Source: Octopus bimaculoides
Lineage: Eukaryota
NCBI RefSeq assembly: GCF_001194135.2
Contig: NC_068984.1
Location: 22,455,882 to 22,519,881 of the forward strand
DNA length: 64,000 bases
Direction: 5' to 3'
This document shows, piece by piece, positions 26,840-40,018 of this stretch (positions are counted from its first letter, which is position 1; each line of letters begins with the position of its first letter). Under the pieces are notes generated by a model. The model made no database searches. It was not told the DNA's origin and saw nothing but the letters and a program-made list of their open reading frames with translations. Made by a program: the position numbers and the translations under genes.

Positions 26840-28719
26840 ATTTATGTATATATATGTATATATGTACGTATGAATGTACGTGTACAATATTCGTCAGTAC
26901 TCAAGTATAAGGTGACACTAGTGTTTGATATTGAAATGTTACAAAATATTTAGTACGGCCGACAGTTCATCTCTTAACAGGTAGAACATGACGATAAGCT
27001 CAAACGATATTCGCCGAACCTTTGTATATATTTTTTTCATATCTGAATTAGCAGAAAACAATTTTATTGATTTGATTCATTTATTTTTCGGCTTCTAACA
27101 AACGCTTGCTTTTATTTGAAACTGCTTAGACTTCAGATGATTTTCAGCTGAAGAACGATAAGCTGAACGGTATGTGAAATAATATCTACAAACTGTACTA
27201 AATGTATATAGTTTTAGTCTAAATCTTCACTGCCAAAAATAACTATTCTTATCTAATGTCGACGATTCGTCTTTTTCCTCTTGTTAATATTTGATTTAAT
27301 TTTTCCTTTAGAGAAATAATTTTATGTATATTTATTTTCTATTAGATGTATATGTATATCACAACAGTTTAGATCAATAATACCTTCAGTTTACAGACGC
27401 ATTTAGATCCGCATTTGTCTTGATAACTACTGTGCTTTTCTTTTTGTTTTTATCTTGTTTTTAATCTGGTGTTAAATTCGTTCACATACTTTACTCACTG
27501 GTGTGTTTACTCTAGTATTGATTCACTTATACATTGCGTTCTCAGCTTTTGAAAGTGAATAATTTAGAAATGCACGACGGATAGCGTTTCAATTCCATAT
27601 ATGAATACCTGAACTAAAATTTCACATTTAAAACAAAGCAGGTTTTCTAAAAAGGACACTATATTTAATTTTATCGGTATACACATTAGGGTATTCAACA
27701 CTAGGACAGATTCTCATCTTATGAGTGGGCGGTCGGGTAACTTCTTTTTGTTCGACAGTAAACAGGGTTATATCTTTAAGGAAGAATGCACGTACAACTG
27801 AAACCACTTCCTATGATGATACATGGTCTGCACTTATTTTCATTAAATTACCACCCTCTTGTTAGTATTCTTACCTTTGAAGCGTCAAAGTAAATCTACG
27901 CTCCCATCACGGGAAGCAATTTTATGGAAGATGTTATCGAATGAACTTATGAAGTTCAATTGGTCTTTTTTCGATAAAAAAAGGATTTGAAATATGTGTA
28001 TTTTTCCAATGTTCATGTTTTTGTTGCCTTTTCAAAGATGACTTAGGAACCTGGCAAACAAACGCTGCTTTTGGAATAATGTTATTTTGCATTCATTTTG
28101 TTTACATACACAACCTTGATAAAGATAGTTCATTTATGAAATTCGTTTGTGAGGTTGTAAATAATTTTCTATAAAACTTGTCTCGTGGATCAACTTTTGG
28201 ATTTTCTCAAATGACAATAAATTAGTTTTCAGCTTCTCTTATTTTCATCTCCCTATTGATTCATTAAAACTTTGTCTCTTAACTTTTACTGGTGTTGATC
28301 ACGTATTTCATGTTCTTACACTATAGCAAGCATTCCTATTAAATTAGCAGAAAGGAATGTACCATAATATTATACAAGAAGATTAAATAAAGAAATGTAT
28401 GTGCTATTCTAATAAAGATAACCCCAACGGCAACAACTTTCATTGTAAACCTACATGAATAAAGGAATGCGAACATAGTTGTATAATTGTGTGCGTGTAT
28501 GTGTGTGGGTGTGTGTGTCAGAGAGAGAGAGAGTTTGTAGGTGTGTATGTGTGTGTGTGGATGTGTGTGTGTGTGATGCGTGCGTGTGTCTGTGTGTGTG
28601 TGTTTATGTGAGTGTGTGTGTAAACATAGATATGTCCATACATACAAACATCTTTCTTCGCATGTCTCTGAAATATATAGAATGATTTGATGTTTATATT
28701 TCCTTGGTTATTGCTTCTA

Positions 28720-31420
28720 CTTTCACAGTTGACCATGATATCACTAACTGACATATCTGAGCAATAGCTAGTCTCTTCAGTCATCCTGCTTCTAATTTGT
28801 CAGCATTCATCAAATTGTCCCGCTTTTCTCGAATATAATACTTTAATGGTTAGTTTACTGAAATACCCAAGTGTAATTACTGCGACATGAAACTGCAGTT
28901 GACAATTTTCCGTGTAGTTTTAGTATTCATCTTCTGCTTCGCAGATTTGGAGTTGATCCCATTCTAATAATGTTGGTTTCTTCAACAGATTTCCCAGTTG
29001 CTGTAAACTATACTTTCTTCAATGAAATTATATCCTGCTTTCGTCAATATTCTACCATTCTGAATGTCAGAAAGAACATTAGTTGTGATAAAATCTTGAA
29101 AAATTGTGTTTTTAGTTTAGAGATTAGGAAAGTGAAACATCACTTCAAAATAAGAGTACAGTGGGCAGTTGGTTTTTAGAGACACCGTCTTTGTCACTTA
29201 GTTTTGAAACGATGTAATTGATGGCATTTCATCCATATTACTTTCTTCAGAATTTATATCCCCACTGGAGTTGATCACATATTTATAGAAATTCAATAGG
29301 TCTTTTAACACTTTTTAAACACCTGTGAAACCCCGTGGAGCATGTAAGCATCCCTCTATATGAAATAGTTGCTAGCATTTGTGCATCTGCTCGTATGGCT
29401 TTTCTTTCTTCAAATCGTCTTGTCTCGCACCATACCATTTTTTATTTTTTTATTGCCCACAAGGGGCTAAACATAGAGGGGACAAACAAGTAAAGACAAA
29501 GGGATTAAGTCGATTTCATCGACCTCAGTGCGTAACTGGTACTTAATTATCGACTCCGAAAGGATGAAAGGTAAAGTCGACCTCGGCGGAATTTGAACTC
29601 AGAACGTAACGGCAGACGAAATACCGCTAAGCATTTCGCCCTGCGTGCTAACGTTTCTGCCAGCTCGCCGCCTTGTCGCACATTATCATTTCTGTTGAGA
29701 TTTTATATTATTACACTTCGTTAAGTGAGTTCCTATAGCATTATAGCTTCATGAGAATTTTAGAGTCATGATGAAGCCCATGGTTCCTCCTTCCCGGTCT
29801 GTGTATGACGCTTATTTACTGCATTCTAGAATACTCTTTCAGTTTTACTATCCCATGCAGTTGCTCAGGTAACTGATTGCCGCTACGTCTATCTTCTCTG
29901 CTATTATGTAGAGACATAAAAATGTATTGTCAGCTGAATAACCGAACTGACAGCTAAAAGATGGTGTTACTTCTTCCTGCTTACATATGTCGTGCAAGAC
30001 ATTATTATTGTCTCTTACCATAAACCAAACAAAAGAAATAGCTTTCTGTAGCCAGTACCTATAAATCTTTGTAAACTTTTCTCTAGTTACCATCAATACA
30101 AGACAAAACAGTATGTTAGTCATCATACAGTGATATATTTATTACGAGAGATTAGTATATGTAAATTTATATTACAAGACTGAGGTACGAGTAAACACGG
30201 AAAACTAGCTAGCAAATTTTAATCTATTGATTTATTGATATAGCACAAGATTACTTCTGGAGATTTTTACCGGCAAAATTACACCTAATGAGCTGAAGAA
30301 TACGTAATTCTATGTTGCATTGCACCTATCAGAGAGTCGTCTTTTTCAAGTAATCTAGTGTAGTATCTTCCAGGTTATAGCTATATGTACACTTTCAAAA
30401 GCTTCGCAAAGTCTACAAAGCCATTATCAAAGGTTGTCTAAAGTCGTTACATTGTTGTGTATCTGAGTAAAAATATATTCCTAATGCGAACATGCATTTG
30501 CTGGAAATATACTTGCTTATCTCTTAATGTACTTTTCAAGTAAGCTACCTCTTATTCATAATAACCAAACTGAACACAATCTATATTATGCTATTTAGGT
30601 TTGTACTTCTCCAGTTGCCATACTATCTCAGATATCACTTCTCTTTTATTATTCTGTTAACTATACTAATTTTCCAATCTTCAGCTAACGATTCAATATG
30701 CCATATAATACAAAACTGCTTTAAGAGTGCCCTTGTAGACTCGTGCTTATCTGTTTTTAATAATCTTTCAATAATCTTTCAGTAATTGCGTCTAAAACAG
30801 GAGACTATCCATTCTTTAATTGTCCGGTGGCCCTTCATGTTCAACAGATAATTCATATAAGACTTTCAGCTTATAGTTTAGGAATTATCAGAGCATTTCT
30901 CCTATTAAACGCACTGTTCATGATCATATTAAAAGCTCTTACCATTTCTCTTAGATGTTTATATGAGATGTTATTACTTCCTCATCATTACTAAATACAG
31001 GTAGTCCTTTTGATCTCTTTAGTGTCCCTATAATCTCATTTATTATTTCATAAGCTCTTCTAATTCCTCTGTTCTACCTGCTTTATTGGTTTTCACTTCT
31101 AAGAACCTTCTTTTATCTCTTTTTCAACAACTTTTCACCTTTCTGCTGAGGCTCCAATGTTTAGCTATTTCCAATTTAGCATCCTTATTATTTTCTTTCC
31201 GATTTTTACGAAGTTATTTTTATTGTTTTCACGCATCAATAACCTCCTATGTTTCACCTGAAATCCACATCCGTCTTTTTCATTTTCTTCCTACCCTTTC
31301 ATATATTTCGTTTACATTCTTCCACGGATCATATATTTCTTCATTATCTTCATCGACAAAATCCGGTACTACAAATCGATTCCAAAGTTCAGTTACAAAT
31401 TCTTCATTAACCGCCTAATC
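28720..31420 (-). mobile_element. Heavily decayed RTE-like LINE, interrupted by a SINE
   Basis: Minus-strand remnants such as WKNVNEIYERVGRK and KRRMWISGET (about 31240-31340) resemble the RTE linker between endonuclease and RT. RT-like remnants further left are faint. Boundaries are approximate. Confidence 0.4.
29448..29674 (-). mobile_element. Full-length tRNA-derived SINE (long-tail subtype)
   Basis: Reverse complement reads aaggcggcgagctggcagaaacgttagcacgc...ctgagttcaaattccgccgaggtcgac...cccttgtgggcaataaa. It has Pol III A/B-box-like head elements and an A-rich tail. Confidence 0.9.
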
Positions 31421-31842
31421 TTACGTCTTTTATTCTGTTGCTTTTCATTTTTCTATTTATTATTATTATTATTATTATTATTTTAGGGTTTCTTAACTTT
31501 GATTTTTCATTGAATTCTTTCTAATATTAACTGACGGCTACTTCCAATATCTGTATCAAGACATCTTGTAACATTTAGCAACGATTCTTTGATGAGTTAT
31601 CAAAATAAAATCTATCTAATTATGATATGTTTTTATTTGAAGGTATGAAATTATATATTATTATGAAATATATTATGAAATTATATTTATGAATATATAT
31701 GTGTTAAAAGAAAACATCTCTAATGATGAGATTGTGGACTGCACAGAAATTGATCAGTTTTTCGTAAGCATTTCGAAGCCATTGTATATTCATCGACTGT
31801 TCCATACCTGCCTTATTACTGCCAATTTTCGCATTTAATTTA

Positions 31843-32175
31843 CCTTTCATCCTTTCGGAGTCGATAAATTAAGTACTAGTTACGCACTGGGGTCAATGTA
31901 ATCGTCTTAATCCCTTTGTCTGTTCTTGTTTGTCCCCTTATGTTTATCTCCTTGTGGGTAATAAAGAAATAAGAAGCGTTAGCACGCTGGTAGAAATGCT
32001 TAGCGGTATTTCGTCTGTCTTTACATTCTGAGTTCAAATTCCGGCAATGTCGACTTTGTCTTTCATCCTTTCGGGGTCGATAAATTAAGTACCAGTTGCG
32101 TACTGGGTCGATCTAATCGACTGCCCTTTCCTCAAAAATTTCGGGCCTTGCACCTAGAGTGGAAAAGAATATTAA
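31843..32175 (+). mobile_element. Two abutting SINE copies (5'-truncated long-tail copy plus short-tail copy)
   Basis: 31843-31972 matches the 3' half of the 29448 SINE. 31975-32175 contains gcgttagcacgc...gagttcaaattcc...gtcgataaattaagtacc. Confidence 0.85.
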
Positions 32176-32520
32176 CCATGAAACTTTGCGTATTTTCAGC
32201 TCTATCTACACACAAGCTGCAGTTATCTGCATAGGTAAGATCAAGAATATGTATTTCAGATTTCGCATTGACAGGGAAACGTGAGGAATTGAAGAGAAGG
32301 CAAGACACAGGTCATTTATCAGATAAGATTATGTCAGGACAACACGTAAAAGATTTCCACCCGCTCCAAACAGAACATCGGAGCCAAGATAATACAGGTG
32401 GTCTTACGTTGTTCAGTCATTCAGTCTTGAAGAGGCAGGGAAGAGAGTGATTAAGATAGAGTGAATGAGAGTGGATGAGAGAGTGTGTGTGAGGGTTAAA
32501 ACATGTAATACCCAGGTTCA

Positions 32521-32522
<2 letters not shown>

Positions 32523-32606
<84 letters not shown>
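32523..32606. repeat. (CT)n microsatellite
   Basis: Direct reading. Confidence 0.95.
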
Positions 32607-32609
<3 letters not shown>

Positions 32610-32671
32610 TATTTGCGTGCGTGTGTGTGCGTGCATGCGTGAGTGAATTCCTGTGGAAATATATATATATA

Positions 32672-32830
32672 TAGTGAGAATTTACAACAAAAATCGAAGA
32701 CCGGTGTGTAAACAACAAACAGATGTATTAGTTTAACGCTTGGGAAGGGAGAAAGTCTTTTACGTTTCGAGCGTACGCTCTTCGACAGAAAGGAACACAG
32801 AAATAAACAGGGAGAGAAAATAGAAAATAC
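32672..32830 (-). mobile_element. Short dispersed repeat (copy 2) abutting (TA)n and carrying a hammerhead-like motif
   Basis: Homologous to 16540-16715. Confidence 0.75.
32757..32792 (-). ncRNA. Minimal type-I hammerhead-like motif with variant core CUGUCGA
   Basis: Minus strand: CTTT-CTGTCGA-A-GAGC-GTAC-GCTC-GAAA-CG-TA-AAAG. The palindromic ACGT in stem III is intact and the cleavage triplet is GUA. Confidence 0.55.
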
Positions 32831-33502
32831 CAGTTGAACTCTTAGGTCGTTGTAATCGACCCCGCTCCAAAATTGCTGGCTTTGTACCAAATTTAGAAAG
32901 GTTACTATTGTTTCTTGTGCTACATTGACGCTGTTATACTGTTGCAGTTGTTGCTTTTTGCTCTTCTCTTCCTTTTCATTCTTGATTCTTTTTCTTCTTC
33001 TCATTTTCCCTCTTGCAGCTGCTACTGTTGTTGTGCTTATTGTTCATCTTTCTGATATACTTCAAATATATGATACTTAAAATATGGAGACTTAAATATG
33101 GAAACTTAAACGTAAACAGGTTTTCAAAAAATAAGTAGAGAAAAAGATGATAATAAATAAAAGCGACAAACAGTGAAAGCACCAAGGAGGAAGAATAGAA
33201 AATAAAGAGTAGTATTAGAGAAGTAAAATCAGGAAGAGGAGAAGGATGTGTAGAGGGATATATGGGAGGGAACAGTGTTAACAACGCAAAAAAGGAATGA
33301 GGAGAACATAAACATGAAGCATTAAAGAACTAAAGAAAAAAACCAAAGAACAGGAAAGAAAAGGGTACGAGGCAGAAGTAGAAGAATAAAAGGAAGAGGT
33401 CGGGGAATTATAAAATGAGTGAAAGAAAAGGATAGCAGAAGGAAAAAGAACGTGAAGATAAACTGCAGAGCGTAAGACGATAAAGAAGTAGAATTAATAC
33501 GT

Positions 33503-34495
33503 GTGCGAGCTGGCTGAAACGTTAGCACACCGGGCTGGATAAATCGTGGCATTTCGTCTGTCTCTGCATTCCGAGTTCAAAATTGAGGTTGACTTTGCCT
33601 TTCATACTTTCGGAGTTGATAAAATAAATACAAGTTCAATACTGGGGTTGATGCAATCAACTTACCCCCTTCTCCTATCGGAAATTGCTGACCTGTGCCA
33701 AAATTTGAAACCCTTGTTATTTCTATCATCGTTGTTGTTATTATTATTATTATATATTAAGGCAGCGAGCTGCCAGAATCGTTCGAACGCCGAGCGAATG
33801 CTTAGCGGTATTAAGTTTGCTGCTATGTTCTGAGTTCAAATTCCGCCGAGGGCGACATTGCCTTCCGGGATTCATTAAATAGGTGTCGGTTGAGTACTGG
33901 TGGTCGATGTAATCGATTTGCTCCTTACCCCAAAATTTCAGGTTTGTGCCTACAGTATAAAGGATTATTATTATTATTACTATCATATATAAAGGCGGCG
34001 AGGTGGCAGAAACGTTAGATCGCCGGGCGAAATGCTTAGCGTTATTTCGTTTGTCCTTACGATCTGAGTTCAAATTCCACCGATGTCGATTTTGTCATTC
34101 ATTCTTTCAGGGTTGATTACCGGTTACGCACTGGGATCGATGTAATCGACTTAATCTCTTGCCCTCAAAGTTGAGGTCTTGTACTTCCAGTAGAAAAAAT
34201 TATCAGCATCATCATCCTTATTATTATTATTATTATCATCCTTATTATTATTATTATCATCCTTATTATTATCATCATCATCATCATATATTAAGGCGGC
34301 AAGCTGGCAGAATCGTTATCAGGCAGGGCGCCACGCTTAGCGGCATTTTGTCACGCTTGAGGTCGACTTTGTCTTGCATGTTTTCGGAGGTCGATAAGAC
34401 AAGTATCAGTTGCGTACTGGGGTCGATGTAATCGACTTAACCCATCTCCCAAATTTCAGGCCTTATGGCTTTATTAGAAAGGATAATTATTATCA
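33503..34495 (+). mobile_element. Four head-to-tail SINE copies separated by (TTA)/(TCA) tails
   Basis: Heads at about 33503, 33759, 33992 and 34292. Each has a gagctggcaga-like start and a gtcga...gtaatcga core; a gagttcaaa B-box-like element is present in the first three (deleted in the fourth). Confidence 0.9.
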
Positions 34496-34840
34496 TTTAT
34501 TGAAGTGGCAGTAGCAGCAGTACAAGTGGTAGTAGTAGTAGTAGTAGTGGTAGTATGTTTGGAATAACATTGAGAAGTAAACATTTCACCATTATCCTAA
34601 TCATCGTCGTCATCAGCTTCATCGGCATGATGATGATGATGATGATGTCGATCATCGGCAACAATCCTACCCACAAAAATATCAATAACTACAGCATCTT
34701 GCGTGGAGTGTCACTACAAGGAGCTATGAATGTAGTGACAGTCACAAAGCCTCAACAACAATGATAACGATAACGGAATGAATAGATAAGAACACCATAG
34801 ATATATGTGTGTGTGTGTGTGTGTATGTATGTATATATGC

Positions 34841-34910
<70 letters not shown>

Positions 34911-34916
34911 CTGTAG

Positions 34917-34953
<37 letters not shown>

Positions 34954-35986
34954 TATATAGATATATAGATATATATATATATATGACTGCAGCAGTAAGT
35001 AACTAATGCATTGTTATTGATTAAAGAAATTTAGAAAGAGCTGACAGTTAGTGAGTCTCTGTAAAAGAACTACAATACTACAATATATAATAATGATATT
35101 AGTTCAAGACAGTAGGTTATTAGCAATAATAAAATTGCCTGGAACAGATAGACACACACAACAACACACACACACACACACACACACATACAAGCACCCA
35201 CAGATAGACACACACACAGACACACAAACAAGCACACACATACATACACACACAAACGCGCACACACACACGCATGCTTGCAAACAAACACACCTTCACA
35301 CGTACAGATGTATGCATAAAGATGTGTGAGTATGCTTCTGTGCATGCGATTGTAAGTATTCCTATGTGTATGTCCATAAATGCAGACGGATTAACAAGTG
35401 CGCGCGCGCACAGCACACGCATCTATGTGTATACCTGTGTATATATTTATGGATCTATCTATCTATCTCTCTCTATATATATAAATATATGTATATATAT
35501 ATATATATATATATANNNNNNNNNNNNNNNNNNNNNNNNNNNNNNNNNNNNNNNNNNNNNNNNNNNNNNNNNNNNNNNNNNNNNNNNNNNNNNNNNNNNN
35601 NNNNNNNNNNNNNNNNNNNNNNNNNNNNNNNNNNNNNNNNNNNNNNNNNNNNNNNNNNNNNNNNNNNNNNNNNNNNNNNNNNNNNNNNNNNNNNNNNNNN
35701 NNNNNNNNNNNNNNNNNNNNNNNNNNNNNNNNNNNNNNNNNNNNNNNNNNNNNNNNNNNNNNNNNNNNNNNNNNNNNNNNNNNNNNNNNNNNNNNNNNNN
35801 NNNNNNNNNNNNNNNNNNNNNNNNNNNNNNNNNNNNNNNNNNNNNNNNNNNNNNNNNNNNNNNNNNNNNNNNNNNNNNNNNNNNNNNNNNNNNNNNNNNN
35901 NNNNNNNNNNNNNNNNTATATATATATATATATATATATTTCGGTTGTACTCTATATATCTACCTACCTACCTACCTAGATGGATG

Positions 35987-36062
<76 letters not shown>

Positions 36063-36939
36063 TGTTAATAGATAGATAGATAGAAATGCAAACAGACAGA
36101 CGGACAGACACATTTGTATGCCAGATGGTTTAGGTTAAAGAAAAATTTTCGATTGCTCTTTATCTTAATTTGCAGATATATTTAGATAGGGAAGTAGGTG
36201 CAATTCTCCCTCTGGATGTAAAGGAATGTTCGTGCTGCATATATCTAATCACAGTTCCATTATCCTTAAGTCTCGTGTAACTTCTTCCTGTATGGTCGGC
36301 ATGATTTATTGTTACTCTGTACGCCATATACCACATGTTCTATATATCATATTTTCGCTTCCTTCGTTTTTAACAAATTCATGGCAACAAACTCCTGTGG
36401 CGATGCCTGAGCTGTGTTTTGAACCATATCTCTCCGAATTCTCCATCTCGGCACTCCGACAAGTTATACCACCATATTAGGCTTTATTTACTACGCGACA
36501 GTGGCTCGACCGATCAGTATTGGCTGGCTTGTTATGGTTGATGCAGTGAACTTCAAAACAAGTCTGCGAGTTTTCCCGACATATAGACTGATCATTATGG
36601 AAAATTTTCTTACAGCAGTAAAAAGCTGACGGGTTCAACCTAACAACAGAGCAGCCAGATATCCAAGCAGAGAACTGCGTAGTTTTACTCAGTAGTGAAG
36701 TGGTCTCTCTTTCACATTTTCTTACGTAACATGCTTAAGTCTTATCTGTCAAAATGTACCAACTTTGAATTGTAGTGTCTAATTACTTATATATTACTTA
36801 TATGCAGCAGTTTTAGCTCTACTTATTTCGTCTTCAGTACCATTATATAGTGCAAATTAAAGATTTTCCCTGACTCATTCTCAAGGACTGGGATAAGCGA
36901 AACTTGGCATAATTATTAGTCCTTCTCTATATAGCCACC

Positions 36940-37780
36940 ACCAATGGTAACACATTGCGTCTGGAGCCATGACTTTACCTCGGAAATAAGTTCATCATCA
37001 TCCGAAAAGTGTTTCCCCTTCAAAAACGACTTCATGGTTGGAAAGAGGTGGAAGTCAGATGTGCGAGGTCCGGAGAGTAAGGAAAATGAGAGAGGGTGCT
37101 TTCATCTGGGCAACATGCGCATTGTGAACTGGAGCCTTGTCTTGGAGGAGGCGAACTCCTTTGGTCAGCATGGCACGCCCCTCTGCTGTGATGGCGTCTT
37201 TCAATTTCTGCAGCAAAGAAACATATGTCCCGTTAATTGTGGTGTCCTTTGCCAGAAAATATATCATTACTACTCCGTGCTTGTCCCAAAAGACCGAACA
37301 TCACCTTGCCAGCTGCGGGTTGGACACGAGCCTTCTTTGTATGTGATGAGTTATCATGTTTCCGTTGCTTCGACAGGACTTTAATCACAAGATCATAGTG
37401 ATGGACCCATGTTTCATTCTGTCATAATTCTGCCAAAAGACCTTTTCTTTTCTTTTCTTTTCTTGCACATTGCCAAAAGAACCTGAGAGCAATTGACTCG
37501 TTCCTGCTTCTGTAAAGGTGTGAGCATCCGGGGAATACATCGTGCAGATTGTGAATGGACCCTATACTTGCCTTCACTTCTTGGGCTCCTTGCCGAATAG
37601 TTATGCGGTGGTCCTCCAAAATGGCGGCTTCCAATTTATGGCGGGTGTCGGCATAAATAGCAGAATGTGGTCGACCAGGAACAAGAGCAGTTTCCACCGA
37701 GTCCGACCATATTTGAACTGGCGATGCCAGTGCTTATATGCGTCGTATGATGGTGCATCGTCACCATAATTATTTACAAT
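36940..37780 (-). mobile_element. Mariner (Mos1/SETMAR-like) transposase relic
   Basis: Minus-strand pieces YGDDAPSYDA.KHWHRQFKYGR, ILEDHRITIR, INGTYVSLLQKLKDAI...LLQDKAPVH, and PDLA/SDFHLFPTMKSFLKGKHFSDDDELISEVKSWL (decayed YSPDLAPSDF motif). Confidence 0.9.
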
Positions 37781-37814
37781 TCACGGATATTTGTCCTTAT
37801 CTTCTTTGTTTGTT

Positions 37815-37860
37815 AACACAACATTTCGGCTGATATACTCTCCAGCCTTCATCAGGTGTC
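37815..37860 (-). ncRNA. Minimal type-I hammerhead ribozyme motif, canonical core (PLE-type)
   Basis: Minus strand: GACAC-CTGATGA-A-GGCTG-GAGAGTATAT-CAGCC-GAAA-TG-TT-GTGTT. Stem I is GACAC/GTGTT (one G-U pair) and stem II is a 5-bp GGCTG/CAGCC. Stem III reads ATGT rather than palindromic ACGT. It lies in a short repeat at about 37783-37890. Confidence 0.75.
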
Positions 37861-38729
37861 TTAGGTAAATTTCGAACCTGGGTAAAGAAATGATCTCACA
37901 GATATTTGAGTAAGTAATTTTAAAGTTATCATTATTGTCATCTTTATTTACCGCCGGGAACTGCAAATCGTATACTCATTATTATTAATTCAGCAAGGCT
38001 AGTGTAACATACGCTATAATTTATTAGCCGTTGTCTGAACGATCGTTTTCCCTACCGCAGATACCGTACACACAGATGTAACTCCCAATGACAAATGATG
38101 TAGTAAGAACCTACTGCAGATCTCGGCGTCTGACCGCTATTACCAATGAATATCATGTTTTGTAACAATTCACCAATTTCTCCATGTCATTTTTTCAAGT
38201 ACGAAAATTGACTGTCCTTTTTTACGCAACTGCATGATTCATGTTCGCTCCCGTTTCATTTCATCTTAGAGCAGAACCTTTACTATTGCGTCTTATGAGG
38301 GAATTAGGGTAGAAAAATAGTGTGGACGCTGATCAGAGAGGTTGTTATAATGTTAGATAGTAGTCTTCCCACATTCATTTTAACACCATCAACCGCATCC
38401 TTAGCTACTTTAAGTGAATTCAACTCTTTTGAAGATCTTCCTTTTTATCAGACTAAATCCAAAGCAAAGTCATAAGCGGAGTTATTCTTCTTTGGAATAA
38501 GCCGTGGATATATAAATCACTACCTTTTCAATCTACAAAATAGATTTCAGAACTTAGTTGGAATGTTATTTTATTGACCCAGAGAAAATGAAAGATAAAG
38601 CAGACGTCTAATGGAATTTTGAACTGAGAAAGTAAAATTTCATAGCAAAATATACCGAGATAATTTGTCTGGTGCCTTACCTATTCTGATAACCCACTGC
38701 TTTTTATTATCAACACCGAAGTAACGAGT

Positions 38730-38767
38730 AGCAGCAGCAGCAGCTGTATTATCATTATTATTATTAT

Positions 38768-38829
<62 letters not shown>

Positions 38830-38830
38830 T
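38730..38830. repeat. Compound (AGC)/(ATT)/(AGT) microsatellite
   Basis: Direct reading. Confidence 0.95.
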
Positions 38831-39985
38831 CTTTTGCCGCAGTGTGGTTATGAAAGATGAGGTTGGTATCAGGCATATATATATATGTTATCTAACCTTT
38901 AAATATTTTATTGAGAACAATTATAACGGAGATATAATTCAGCCCTAGCTTGTCTAACCATAAAGTATTCGCTGGAAACAGTTATGATGAAGGAGGTAAT
39001 AATTTAGCGATTGTGTATGCAGGAACCAGGCGAAGACAATAAAGATTATTATGCAGAAATACAATTAGGTGTAAATGTGGATATTTATAGTGAAACTATA
39101 TCCAGTCACTAGTCTAAGATCTGTCCAAGGTTTTCAATACCACGTACATAAAAAAAGTTTACAGTTAGGTTAATTTCAGTTGTTTATATTGTTGTCTGTC
39201 TTGGTGAAAGAAGGAAAGAAAACATCCATAAAGCACGCCAACACTAATTGAGAAATACCAGCAGTCAGAAAATGGGGATGTATGAAGGAGATATATGCAA
39301 AACACTGCTAGTTTCTTTTGCCTCAAACAAATGGTCACTCCCAAAATGACATATAATTTACCCTGTATTATACAAAGTTATCTAAAGTCACGAATTTCAC
39401 TGTACCACTTGTGATTATTGTCTGATACAGATTAATGTCAAACGTCGAAAGAGAAGGTATTTAAAGCAAAAGTACACCGTGATTAGAGAGATAAGGGAAG
39501 ACGGTGAATGATGAAATGTTGCATAATTGTGAAATAGCGTTCAGCTTTGACCTTTTCTTTCTTAAAGATTTAAAGAGCATTTGTTAGGATATCGTCTTCG
39601 CTCATCAATGGTATTAACAATTTTTACCGCTTATAAGACACAAGAAGTAACTTGAGGGTCTTTAATAACGATAGAATGGTTATTCGTGACTTTTATAGAC
39701 AATTGAAATGGTTACATATGAAGTTGCAAAACCGGTTCATAACGAAGTTAGTCTATAACTTGTCTTTAGAATATGATAATCGCAATAAAATAAGCATAAG
39801 TTTAAAACGTTGGTTCGCTGCTTGCGAAGTTAAGAAGGAAAACAATGCAAATCAATAGTATCAAGAAGAAATTAGGAATTGTAGTGCAGCGTAAAAATAC
39901 GTATATAAATGTTAAGTAAACATACACATATACACACCTATACAACAGCACATATGTATTTATATGTATATAAATGTATGTAAGT

Positions 39986-40018
<33 letters not shown>

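Noticed and set aside
27875-27890. Palindromic CTTTGA-AGCG-TCAAAG (TCF/LEF-like pair)
   Set aside because: Too short to distinguish from chance without conservation data.
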